Made by a program: the position numbers and the translations under genes
The notes under the pieces: generated by a model
Database searches by the model: none
What the model saw: only the letters and a program-made list of their open reading frames with translations
Told to the model about the DNA's origin: nothing
Part shown: one piece after another, positions 12,480 through 23,953 of the stretch
Layout of the letters: every line of letters begins with the position of its first letter
Numbering within the stretch: position 1 is the first letter of the stretch
Source of the DNA: Vicugna vicugna
Lineage: Eukaryota
Direction of reading: 5' to 3'
Length of the DNA stretch: 64,000 nucleotides
Assembly (NCBI GenBank): GCA_013265495.1
Contig: MU058528.1
Coordinates: forward strand, 124,001-188,000

Positions 12480-12718
12480 TGGCTCTGGGCACCTGTTGGG
12501 CTTTGCCTGAGTTCCCCCTCCCTGCACTGTGGCCTGGACACTTTCTCTAGTCAGCAAGATGGGCAAACCCAGGGCACCACCTCACCCTTCTCTTGGGATT
12601 CCCAATGTCCAATGTCTGAAAACTAGATTTTGCACATTTTTGTCCACGTTTTTAGTTGCTTCAGATAGGAGGTTAAATTCAAGTGCTGGAGCCATGTCCT
12701 GGTCAAAAGCAGAACTCT
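12480..12718 (-). mobile_element. Ancient L1M 5'-end fragment
   Basis: gtccaatgtctgaaaac..ggaggttaaatt..cctggtcaaaagcagaactc resembles antisense L1ME/MD 5' termini. Confidence 0.45.
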
Positions 12719-14577
12719 TGCTTCTTCTTCTATCTTCTTCTTCACTATTTTCTCATTTAGTCCTCCTCTTCCCTGACTCCCACACAGTCTACAGCACATC
12801 CAGGGTTGGGCTGAGGAAGGAGCTGAGATAAAGGGCTGAAAGGTCTTCCTGGATGGGCACAGTTGTAATGTGATGCCTGGGTTCTCTGCTGCTCCCTGTC
12901 TTGTGAGTGCTTCAGCTGCCAGCATCTCTTACCAGCAACTCGTTGACAGGACATGCATGCCTCCTTTTTCTGCTGCTTATGGCTCATCCCTTAGCTGCTG
13001 ACTTCTGGTACTCCACCCCTCAAGGACTCCTCTTGGGGTCACCTTACCTTCCAGCTGGCCCTTTTGGGCAGGGTCTCTTTCAAGGAGAATCAATTTGTTC
13101 CAACCAGTTTCTCATTAGACTTTTCAGGAGTACATCACATGTGAGTCTCTGTGACTCTGAAACTTCTGAGGTCCCAGGTCAAGTTTTCTGGGTGATTCTC
13201 TGATCCCCTTCCTCACTTGGTTTACAGAAGGGGGAAAATAAGAGGAAAAGGGAAAAATAACAATACATTAACAACTCTTCTTTTAGGAAAATTAGTAGTA
13301 CCAAGCTCTTCATCAATATTTAAGAATCTCCTTATATTCTCTTGATGTGGGTGTATAACTAAGGCTCTACATTTGCAGTGGGGCTGAATGGGGGGTGCCA
13401 TTAACTGCCAGTTGGGCATAGATAGTCTGGCCCTTTTTCTAGAATGTATAGGCCTTTTAACATCCTTTGTTTTAAGTTTTAGCTTTCCACAGAAGTTGAG
13501 AAAAGAAAAAGTTCAAATTTAACACTTTATTATATGTATGATGAATTTTATTAACTGAATAGTACATTTTTTTTCCTTTTTAAAAAATGTCTACTGACTT
13601 TCTTTCCATGTTTTCCTTAATTTATTAATATGACCCTAGAAGAAAAACTATAGATGTTATGAATTCAGTTCAGTCTGTTTCTCAGCAGGTGGTCAGTCCC
13701 CCAAACTTCAGAAAACACGGTGCACTTCTCCCCACAGCTGCTCCTTCCTCTGACACAGTCACACGCACTCATACATGCACACCCTTGTTATATGGTCTTG
13801 AAACTGAAGTCTTCACCAGAAAAAAGGGGAAATGGAGTTTGTCTGGGAATTCCTCAACTGGTCTCTTACTGATATTAATAACTGTAGGACTGGCAAGGTC
13901 AAATTGCCTTTCCTTCTCATAAAGTTCATTCAAGACTCAGTCTGCACTTTGTTAACAATTGTGGGTCCTCAGTACATTCTTATTGAATGAATGAACAGCC
14001 CTTTCATTCTGCAGTTCTTATTTGTTCAACAGAGTAAAGGGTACATTAAAATCTGTATGCAGTCATGTTTAGTGACACTGTAAGTCAAAGAGGGATTGTC
14101 TGGAAGCCTCACAATGGTTCCCTGTGTTCTATAGCACATCCGATGTAAGCCTCTACCTTGAGCTCTTGGGCTAGAAGCTGCTCAGGTCCAGCCTCTCTTG
14201 TCCCCCTACGTTAGAGTCTTCCTGTTCGATCTTCCACACAAAGTACCGGCCAGTGCAGTCCTGAATAATCAGCACTTTGTTGGTATCAACACCACCACTT
14301 CCTCAGGGCTGTACTCACTGCTCCGTCAAAATCAGCACCCTTGCTGATGGAAGCCATCTTCAACTCCAGTAACCCTAACCAGCCCTGGCCAAGCTTGAAG
14401 ACAGAAAAATGTTATCATTATCAACAAAATTATTGTAATACCATTGCCATGCTAAAATACCATTCCTGGGTGAGAAATGAGAGCTACTGGGATGTCATAC
14501 AATGAAAATTGGTCACAGGTCATCAACATACTTTTGAAAATGTTTTTTAAATCATACAGCAAATATGTTTAGGCCAG

Positions 14578-14944
14578 TGTGGTAGGCCAAAATGGCTTCA
14601 TCCAAAGATACTCATATTGTAATCCCTAAAACCTGGGAATATAGTACCAAATTTGGCTTTTAAAAGTACTTTGAAGATATGATTAAATTAAGAAATTAAA
14701 GAAGACATTATCTTCAATTATTGAGTGGACCCAATCTAACTGCATGGATCCTTCCCTTGCTATGGGTAGAAGCCGTAAAAAGCAAGGAAATAGATTTTTC
14801 TTTAGAGCCTCCAAGAAGGAGCACAGCCTTGAAGACACATTGATTTTAGCCCAGTGAAACCCATGTTGGATTGTAATATAACACATTTTTGGGTTGTTTG
14901 AAGCTTGTAGTAATTTGTTACAGCAGCCAAAGAGAGCTAATACA
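14578..14944 (+). mobile_element. MaLR solo LTR (MLT1C/D-like)
   Basis: tgtggtaggc start, tagagcctccaagaaggagcacagcc, ttgattttagcccagtgaaaccca, end taatttgttacagcagc..ctaataca. Confidence 0.85.
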
Positions 14945-14984
14945 ACCAGTGTTCCTCCGACTGTGGTCCTCTGAACTAGCTGTT

Positions 14985-15752
14985 TCAGAATCAAGTTGTC
15001 TTTCAGAGCAAGGAAACCTTTCAAGGCTAAAGAGAACATTGTGTAGTGATAAAGGGGTCAGTTCTCCAAGAAGACATAGCAATCGTTAATGGGGGTGCGT
15101 CTAACAACAGAGCATCAAACTATGTGAGGCAAAAACTGATAGAACTACAGAGAACTATCTTAATCATCATTGGAGACTTCAACACTCCTCTATCAGAAGT
15201 AGACAGATCCAGCAGATGGAAAATCAGTAAGAACATGGTGGAACTCATCATCATCAATCAACTGGAGATTATTGACACCTATAGACTACTTCTTCCAGCA
15301 ACATCAGAATACACATTCTTCACAAGCTCACATGGACCACTGACCAAGAGAGATCACATTCTGGGCTAGAAAACCCACTTTAACAAATTTAAAAGAATAG
15401 AGATCATACAATGTATATTCTCAATCCATGATGAAATTTAACTAGAAATCAATAACAGAAAGAATAGTTGAAGATTAAACAATGCACTTGTTTTTAAAAA
15501 CTATATTTGTTTTATTTAATTTGTTATTATTTTTTATTTTTCCCCTTGAATGGAGGCTCTGGGGATTGAACCCAAGACCTTGTGCTTGCCAAGCACACGC
15601 TCCATCACTGAGCTATGCCCTCCACCCCAGCAATGCACTTCTAAATAACACATGGCAAAAAAAAAAAAAAAGCAAAATTAAAAAATAGTTTTTACTAAAT
15701 GAAAATGAAAACACAACTCATCAAAATTTGTGGGATGTGGTGAAAGCAGTGC
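14985..15752 (+). mobile_element. L1 ORF2 endonuclease-domain fragment, interrupted by a SINE
   Basis: ORF 15046-15369 contains IIIGDFNTPLS and EYTFFTSSHG of the L1 APE domain. Confidence 0.88.
15490..15630 (-). mobile_element. tRNA-derived SINE, Vic-1-like (camelid)
   Basis: Reverse complement has A box tagctcagtgatgg and B box ggttcaatccc, an A-rich tail, and TSD caatgcactt at 15480-15489 and 15631-15640. Confidence 0.88.
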
Positions 15753-15777
15753 CTATCATTGAATAATTAAGTTTTTA

Positions 15778-15900
15778 AAAGTGCAGATTCAGAGTCTGGC
15801 CACAGATCCATTGAACTGGATCTCTGGATGTAGGGTGGAGCTTGGGAAACTGCAGTTTAGATAACAGCTGTAGGTGATTTTATGCACCCTAAAATTTGAA
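15778..15900. mobile_element. MER5-like hAT MITE relic
   Basis: gcagattc..gaactggatctctgg..ggtgattttatgcac..aaaatttga. Confidence 0.55.
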
Positions 15901-16230
15901 TGTTCCTTTTAAAATTTATTTTTCCCGCAGTTTGTTAATCATGAAAATGAAGACAAGCCCACTAGCATTAAACTTTTTTTGAGGGGCCCAATTCACTTGA
16001 GTACAAACAGAAACACTTTCTACTTCTTTACCCCCAATACCAGCTACCTCCCACCCCATGCTATGCATATTTCCCACTGTCTAAAAACTCTTAAGATACC
16101 TTAAGTCAGGTTTTATAACTTCTCAGCCACTTTGAGACATTATTAGAATGATCTCATCCTGGTGTCTATATTTATATCTCTTTATTTAAAACCTTTGATC
16201 AGTTGTCTGCTTAAAAGGTCTCTTCTTCCT

Positions 16231-17534
16231 GGATTTCTGGCCAAGATGGCAGAGCAGTAGGACCGCGAGCTCGCCTCTCCTCATGATGACAACAAAACTA
16301 CAACTGACTAATAAACCACCATTGAAAAAAAGACTGGAACCAACAAAAAAGATCTTCTTCAACTGGAAACATAAAGAGGGAGCCACAACGTGATGGTAGG
16401 AGGGGTGTGCTCGTGGTATAATCCAGCCCATATCCTCTTGTTGGGCAACCCACAAGCTGAAGAATGATTAAGTCACAGAAGTGCTCCCATAGAAGTGAGA
16501 GTCCTGAGCCCCACATCAGGCTCCCCAGCCCGGGGTTCTGGCATTGGGAGGAAGAGGAGAGCCCAGGACATCTGGTTTTGAAGGCCAGTGGGGCTTAACT
16601 CCAGGAGCCACACGGGACTGGAGAAAACAGAGACTTCATTCTCTTGGGAAGTGTACGCAGAATCTCACATGCACTATTTTGAAGGACAGAGGCAATGATT
16701 TCCTAGGATCCTGGGCCTGACCTGCTTGCTGGTTTTGGAAGTTCTCCTGAGGATGTAGGGGACCCTGCACCTCACCCAGTGGCAGACATTCAGGGACCGT
16801 TCATCTTCATGAGCTTTCCTGGAGGCTGACATCTTCCTTGGGTCATTAGGAGCAAGACCCAGCCCCACCCAACAGTCTGTAGGCTTAAGGGCTGGGAAGC
16901 CTCAGGCCAAACAATGTACGGGCTGCGAATACAGCCCCACCCATCAGCAGACTTCCTGAGCCACAAACACCTCTAGACGTGACCCAACCCACCAGAGGTC
17001 CAGGACCAAGCCTCACCCAGCAGTGGGCAGGCACTGGCTCCTCCTGCCAGGAAACCTGCATAAGCCTCTAGTCCAGCCTCATCCACCAGGGGGCAGATAC
17101 CAGAAATAAGAAAACAACAATCCCAAAGCCTGTGGAAGGAATCTACAAACACAGGCCAGACTTTACACTGGGACCAGCTGGACCTGGCCCCCTTGGGTGA
17201 CAAGAGAGCAGTGCACTGCTGGGATACAAAGGACGTCTCCTACAGAGGGTCACCTCTCCAAGGTCGAGAAATGTAACTAACCTACCCAAAAACACAAGTA
17301 GAAAGATAGACAATATGAGGTGGCAAGGGAATATTTCCAGACCAAGGCACAAGTTAATATCCCAGAAGAAGAAATAATTGATGAGGAGATACGCAATTTA
17401 TCCAAGAAAGAATTTAGAATAATAATGGCAAAGATGTTCAGAGAACTCGAGAGGAGTATGGACGCACAGAGCGAAGTTTTTAGCAAAGAGTTGGAAAATA
17501 TAAAGAATACCCAAACAGAGTTGAAGAATAAAAC
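16231..17534 (+). mobile_element. L1 5'UTR and start of ORF1
   Basis: Begins ggccaagatggcagagcagtaggac; ORF1 peptide EIRNLSKKEFRIIMAKMFREL; homologous to 8655-9630 in the opposite orientation. Confidence 0.9.
17081..17098 (+). promoter_or_regulatory. CTCF-type motif inside L1 5'UTR
   Basis: ccaccagggggcag matches the CTCF core consensus; motif only. Confidence 0.45.
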
Positions 17535-17778
17535 CCACATCCTTGCCAACATTTGTTACTTGTGTTCTTTTTGATGATGGTCAATCTGACAGGTGTGAGA
17601 TGGTGTCTCATTTTGATTTTGATTTGCATTTCCCTGATATTGGTGATGTTGAGCAGCTTTTCATGTTCCTGCTGGCCATTTGCACTTCCTCTTTTGGAAA
17701 AACGTCTGTTCAGTTCTTCTGCCCATATTTTAAATGGGTTATTTGTTTGTTTGCTTTTTAATTGAAGTACAGTTGATT
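17535..17778 (-). mobile_element. L1 ORF2 3' fragment plus a short L1 3' tip
   Basis: ccacatccttgccaacatttg..ctgacaggtgtgagatgg, then tttaattgaagtacagttgatt. Confidence 0.8.
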
Positions 17779-20256
17779 AAAAAAAATCTTCTATTCCTGA
17801 GCCCATGGCAGGCTACGGTGGGGCTAGGGAGGTAGAGAGCTGCGGGAGGCACAGAGGAAAAGTTTTCTGATTTGATGAGTTTGGGTCCTCCCCTGGGTTT
17901 GATGCTGTTGAATTTATTGCCCAAGTGCTTATCTTGGATGGATGGTGGCTCCAATGTGCACCTCCCAGCAGCACCGCTGGGCACTGGTGATTCCTAGTAA
18001 GGTTTATTCATGTCTTCTGGATTACTTCCCGCTGATGGCACCTGTGTTTCTTTCTCTGCTCCCTCCCTGCACCATAGTGGTCCTGACAAGACTGTAGTGG
18101 TAAATCTCACCTACCCTGCTATGCCAGCATTCAGACCTATGGGATGTGGGGGTCCTTTGAACATATCTTTTGGAGAGAGATACCTGAGATACCCCCAGTC
18201 CTCTACCATTTTGTCTTTTTCTTGTTTGTCAAGATTTCTGACCAAGCATTCAGCTGGGGATCCTGTCTTCTTTTCTTCAGCTTTGGACAAGGGTTATACT
18301 TGGCTTCCCTTAGTCACTGGACAGAAGGAATGGTCTCCAAAAACACAGACCTCTCCCCTCCTCGTGCCCACTGCCAAGCTGACTCCACCATCCTCAGTCG
18401 TTTTATGGTTTGTGTTGAGTGTGTGGCAAGTAGGGGTTCACTGGAGAGCCATCCTTCTGAATTAGTCTCTCTTAGTAAGCCCTACAGGGAGCTGATAGGC
18501 TGCAGACCTTAGAAGATGGAGTAGCCAGCACTTACTCTTCTTGGCTGTGTGCACTGATTTTAGTTCAAGGAAAATAAGAAACATCTTCCGCAACATTCTG
18601 TTATATTCCCTATTGGGAGACTGATGTTTTCTGAGCCAAGAAACAGCAATTGTCATCAAAGCTGTTTATGCAATATACTAACCTCTTCTACACGCTAATG
18701 ACATGAATCATTGTAAATGAGCCTGTCTTCTCAGAACCCATTAGAAACTCCAATTCATAACTAGAATTTAGCCTGTACGGATTGAGATAACTTCAAATAT
18801 GTATCTTAAACTAAGGTACTGCCCAGTACTTGCCAACCTGATCCGTGTGAGTATGATACTAGCTGTTCAGGTTTTGGAATACCTGTATTATGTGGCTAAA
18901 ACTCTTCATGTTTGGAAAACTGGCCAGCTATTAAAGGACTTCTGGGGCAGAACATGGGGAATGGGCATATCATGAAACTTGGGTTAATTCTAAGAAATGT
19001 CTTGCTACAATAAAATCAGCCATGATTCTAGCCTGTGCACTTGGGTCCTTTCATCCAGTCAAAAGTCTTTGCAAGCCAAAGCATTCTTTCTGTATGTTGT
19101 CATTTAGTTTTATTTTAAAAGCACTTTCTACTATGATGAGGCTTCTCACTTTTAGCTCCTGAAAGAGGGGAAGAAACTGAGCTCTAAGTTTCTTTTCATA
19201 GTTTATAACCAAATTTGAAAATATCAGTGAATTAAAAATTTATAGAATTATATTGTGTAAGGCTTAAGGCTTAAATCAAGTGGGAATTATTGAGACTGAA
19301 GTAAAAATGAAGTAATTTAAACATGTATGGGAACACCATGGAAATATTATCTAGTGAGCACATAATCTTTTAAGTTTACAAATGTCACAAATTATTTTAA
19401 AATATTTGACATTTCATAAAGTCCAGGCTCATCGTAACCAGTATTTTCCCTCCTTATTTATTTTTAAACCATATGTAATTTTTTAAGGGAAACTTAGTTC
19501 ACATATTTTGGACTCATTTGGCTATGTCATCAAAATTCTATTTTGTAAGAATTACACTGCATACAAGTAATGTATTTGAAAATAAGTTTTTTTTTTTATT
19601 AAGTCTCTTTTTCCCTTGTTAAATGGGTTGTATTTTTCCCCTGGTAGATGAATTTGAACAGAAATAGATTTGTTTTATTGATAATTCTTTAGCTATGGAT
19701 AAACGATTATCTTATTAAACTAAAAATGAGTTTTTCATTATTATAAAAATAATCAATTTTGCTTACTATCTGCATTTAGACAGCATTTCACTAGTGATGG
19801 TAACAGGTAAGACTTGGCAATTGCGAGTATAATCATGAGGATTCACAGTTATTTTGCAAACTGAAAACTGAAAGTCTAGAACCAAATCCTACTTTGGACA
19901 CATAAAACAGGATCTAACTAATATTATTAAGACCATACTATATGTTAGGCAATGGGCTTAACACTTCACATGTAATTTTAAAGCATTTTATCTATATATT
20001 CTTCTGAGACAGCCATTTCATAAAACAGACAGCCAAGATTCAATCTGGTTAGGCCCGAGGCCATGCACAGAGTCATTGGTAAAATCAGGAATTGGACTAT
20101 GGTACTCCACTTCCAAAACTGATTCCTTGTTGCAGAAAATAATTCACATCTGCTTTAATTATTGTAGCTAAAATAGAAATGTATTATTGATTCTCCAAGA
20201 GATTAAATCAACTTGGATAAGAGTTATACTCCATATATATTATATTAAAGACTTAG

Positions 20257-20382
20257 GCTGTACACTGGAATTTGACACAACATTGTAAAATGACTATAAC
20301 TCAATAAAAAATGTTAAAACAATAAAAAACTTAAGAAATAAAAAATAAAAACAATGCAGCAATTAGCATCTTTAAAAAAAAA
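20257..20382 (+). mobile_element. Very short young L1 3' end with compound A-tail
   Basis: ctgtacactggaatttgacacaacattgtaaaatgactataactcaataaaaa, same as 49700-49760; TSD-like aaa(g/a)acttag on both sides. Confidence 0.8.
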
Positions 20383-20701
20383 CTTAGTATACCTATTAAC
20401 CTTGAGCACGTCTGCCAAGATAAATATCACTATCCTTTAGTTAGACAGCTTCTTAAATTCACTTATTACAGAATTATTGTCTACCGTATGCAAGCAAGTT
20501 ATTATGAAAAATATTAATTCTTGAAATATTCTATCACAAAAACTTTGTGTAGAGAGTACCAGTTGGCTTTAATAGAGAATTAGTCTTAGCAGATGACAAC
20601 AGCCAAACAGCAATGACTTCTACCACTGTGCTTGCACTATACAACTGGAGGGATATGCGGGTGTGCTACAGAGGAAACTTTCCCATCTAATTTTGTCTTT
20701 C

Positions 20702-20960
20702 TGTAGTAGTCAGTACAGGTCAAATTGTGCCATCGTAAAAACAGCCCTCAGATCTCAGTAATTTAAAACAGCAAGAGTTTACTTTTTGCCCATGCTCCAT
20801 GGTCAATGCAGGTTGGGGGAGGGGGAGCGTATTTTAGTAACTCACAAGCCATACTGAAGGAGATTTCATCTTTGCTAAACTTCAAAGGTGGGGTGTGAGG
20901 TGGAAACACAGCCACTGAAAGAAAAGGACATCAGAAATCGAACAGCATGTTTGCTACAGC
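20702..20960. mobile_element. Ancient MaLR LTR fragment
   Basis: tgtagtagtcag..gatctcagtaatttaaaacagcaagagtttactt pattern of MLT1J-like elements. Confidence 0.45.
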
Positions 20961-20974
20961 ACCTAAACTGTTCT

Positions 20975-22205
20975 TGTTTTTTTTTTGAATTGCTTTTTTT
21001 AACATTCAGTTTTTATTGAGATATGGTTGATGTACAATACTATGTAAGTTACAGATGTATGTACAAAATAGTGATTTATAATTTTTAAAGGTTACACTTC
21101 ATTTATAGTTATTATATTGCCTATATTCTCAGTGTTGTATAATATATTCTTATAGCTTATTTTATACATAATAGCTTGTACCTCTTAATCCCCTACCCCT
21201 ATCTTGCCCCTCCTGCCTTCCTTCTCCCCACTAGTAACCACTTCTTCTTTCCTTATATCTCTGAGTCTGCTTCTTTTTTGTTATATTCACTTGTTTGTTG
21301 TATTTTTAAGATTCCACATATAAGTGATATCATACAGTGTTTGGCTTTCTCTGACTTATTTCACTAAGAATACTCTCCATTTCCACTCATGTTGCTACAA
21401 ATGGCAAAATTTAATTCTTTTTCATAGCTGAGTAGTATTCCAATGCATGTATACCACATCTGCTTTATACATTCATGTTTTTATGGACACTTAGTTTGCT
21501 TCTATATCTTGGCTATTGTAAATAATGCTGCTGCGAACACTGGGGTGCATGTGTCTTTTTCTTTTCTTTTTTTTGTTTTATTTTGCATAATAAGTTTATT
21601 TTTAAAAGGTATATAGACAATAAACAAAGTAAACACTCAACCAGATCTTAACTTCTGCCGAGTATTATCTGTCCTAGAATTGTTCCATCAAGTTCCAGTC
21701 TGTAAACATTGTAAATTCAATAATCATCGTCTTCATCACAGTCCATTACTTTTCTTCTTTTCTGTTTGTTGGCTTACTTTTTCGAGGATTTCTATTAAAC
21801 CTTGTTCTGATACCTTCTCACTTTGTCCGTATCGTGCCATCTGTATAGGGTAATTCTTTACTGCTTTAGTTTTCTCAGGCTTTACAAGTGCGAAGTTACT
21901 TAAGCGGGCTCCGGCTGATTGATCCAGAACTTGGGCTAAGATACTGTTTCTCATTTCTGCTTCCCTGTGCTTTGCCTCCTGTTGTGGTGCATCGCCAGGA
22001 TGCCCGTGCTTCGTGTGCAGCTCGGCCAGCCTCTTCTTCCTCAGCGCCCCGAGGTCCTCCTCCGCCCTGGTACCGCCGTCCAGGACGAGCAGCCGTGGGC
22101 ACGCTCCGGCCCACCCAGGCCCACTCTGGCCCACTCCGGCCCACTCTGCGGGAACTCGGGCAGACGCATGTATCTTTTTCAATTAGTATTGTTGTTTTTC
22201 ATGAC
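20975..22205 (-). mobile_element. L1 3' end interrupted by the PDCD5 retrocopy
   Basis: T-rich tail, 3'UTR (agattccacatataagtgatatcatacag, gctgagtagtattcc); resumes at 22181. Confidence 0.85.
21562..22165 (-). pseudogene. PDCD5: Processed pseudogene of programmed cell death 5 (CDS-equivalent 22068-21717)
   Basis: Intronless [43 protein letters not shown]>AGG at 22066-22068; frameshifting deletion before KVMD(S)DEDDDY; AATAAA at 21595-21600; poly(A); TSD gcatgt(g/a)tctttttc at 21547-21561 and 22166-22180. Confidence 0.95.
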
Positions 22206-23953
22206 GGAACTAATTCATCCAGAATTTGTGCTGATTTAGAATTGCTTTTGGAAATAAAAAATAATTAGAATAATCATGTTCAGTATAGATCAAATTCCTT
22301 TAATAAGTAAGTGAATTTCTTCATGACAAATATGCACTTTTTTATTATTAAAATTGCAATCAGGGATGTGATTTATACAGTAAATAATTCAATATATACA
22401 CTTAAAATAACTTCTGCCAGGATGACCATATTGTTTTAGTAATTTCTGGTAGTTGTGCTAGCTAGATGTTAGATGTGTGAATTAATGGTTAGATAGTTCT
22501 TTCCACCAACCACGCTGATTCCATCTTCCTCTGTATTTCAGTCTGTTTCATGGATTAAAAAAAAAAACCTCTCTTTTTCGTCTCTTATGGTCTTATAAAT
22601 TAACTCTAGGGTCAAAACAAGAGCACTTTGGGTAATGCAGCAGAAAAGGCAGAGCAACTTTAACTTGGGGATATCTCTTTGGCAAATGCAAAACCAAAGC
22701 CTGTGTTTTCCCTGTGGCCTCACCATCTGTAGTAAAGCTGCATGGAAGGAGACCAGAAAGTTAAAAAAAAAAAAAAAAGAGAATTGTTGGAAACCATACA
22801 AGGAGATTTTCTTTAATTCTAAAGATTACTCTATTTTGTTTAAAGAGTCTTTCCTTTCCCAAACATCCTTGGCAAGCGTTAAAATTTCCAGTATTGAGCT
22901 GAATTGCTGCAGAGCATTGGAATTAAAATGCTAATGGCTGAGAAAAATTATTTTGTTTTCCTATAAAATCATTATGGTTTCCCACATTCTTAAGGAAAGG
23001 CGTTTCTTGATCTAAAATATTTTATGTGTCTTAGGTCAAAGGTTCTTTCTGTCCCGCTGTGAGTAAGCAACTCTAACATGATGATAGGAGTCAATGAGAA
23101 AACACTACCAATTTATAAAAATAAAGTTTGTAAGTTTAAATAATTTTTTAAAAAAGCAAAATGAAAACAACGTACCTCTAAGATAGACACATTATTATAC
23201 AGATTGTAACTGGTAAAAGCACTGCTTGAAAAAAATATATTCAGGAATGCTGGCAAGGGGCAAAGGTTTGTATAAATGTTATTGCAATTGGATAAAACAC
23301 ATGGAAGAAAATTGTGGCATTTGGTATTTTCTATGTTTCTTTAAGTACTTACTATTTTATTTTCCTCCAGATTCAGTGCACTAAAAATCATTAAGAGCTC
23401 CGTAAGAGATTAAAGAATAATTATGAAAGACAATGATCCAAAGAAAACTATAAATAACAAAAACTGGATCTACTCCAGTTAAGTGTAATTAACTATTTCC
23501 CTTAGAGAATAAACTCTAACAAGTGCTTGGCAGTTGTGTGCATTTCTATTGTTTATTTGCCCCTTTATGGAGATCAAACTTCACACCAGCTTAATAGTGA
23601 AGTACTTGGCAATTGTTTCCTTGAAAGAAGATTTTCATTCTGAAAATCTTGTACTAAAATACTTCCGGTTGCTACGTTCAATTAAAATTTTGGAGAAAAA
23701 CAAATTCTTGTATGAGTCAAATAGATGACTAATGTAATTTAATGATCACAACATTCTTCATGCTTTATCATCTTTTTGGAGTTTTAAGGAAATTTACTAA
23801 ACTCAGTAGATTTCCCAATGACCCTAGATGGTAGGTATAGTGGGTGAACTCAAATTTCTCTTTTTCTTTTTAATGTTTTTGCTCTAAGATCCACTACAGT
23901 CAAAACTTTTTGAACATTAGCAGTTAAATAATGACTTTCAGATTTTTTAAAGT

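Noticed and set aside
15540..15630. tRNA gene
   Set aside because: Has A/B boxes but also an A-rich tail and TSD; it is a SINE.
18010..18465. 151-aa ORF
   Set aside because: No recognisable homology; composition typical of a chance ORF.
18535..18630. Exon-like unit on the minus strand (cag acceptor, gtaagt donor, one open frame)
   Set aside because: Peptide not recognised and no partner exons found; splice motifs alone are insufficient.
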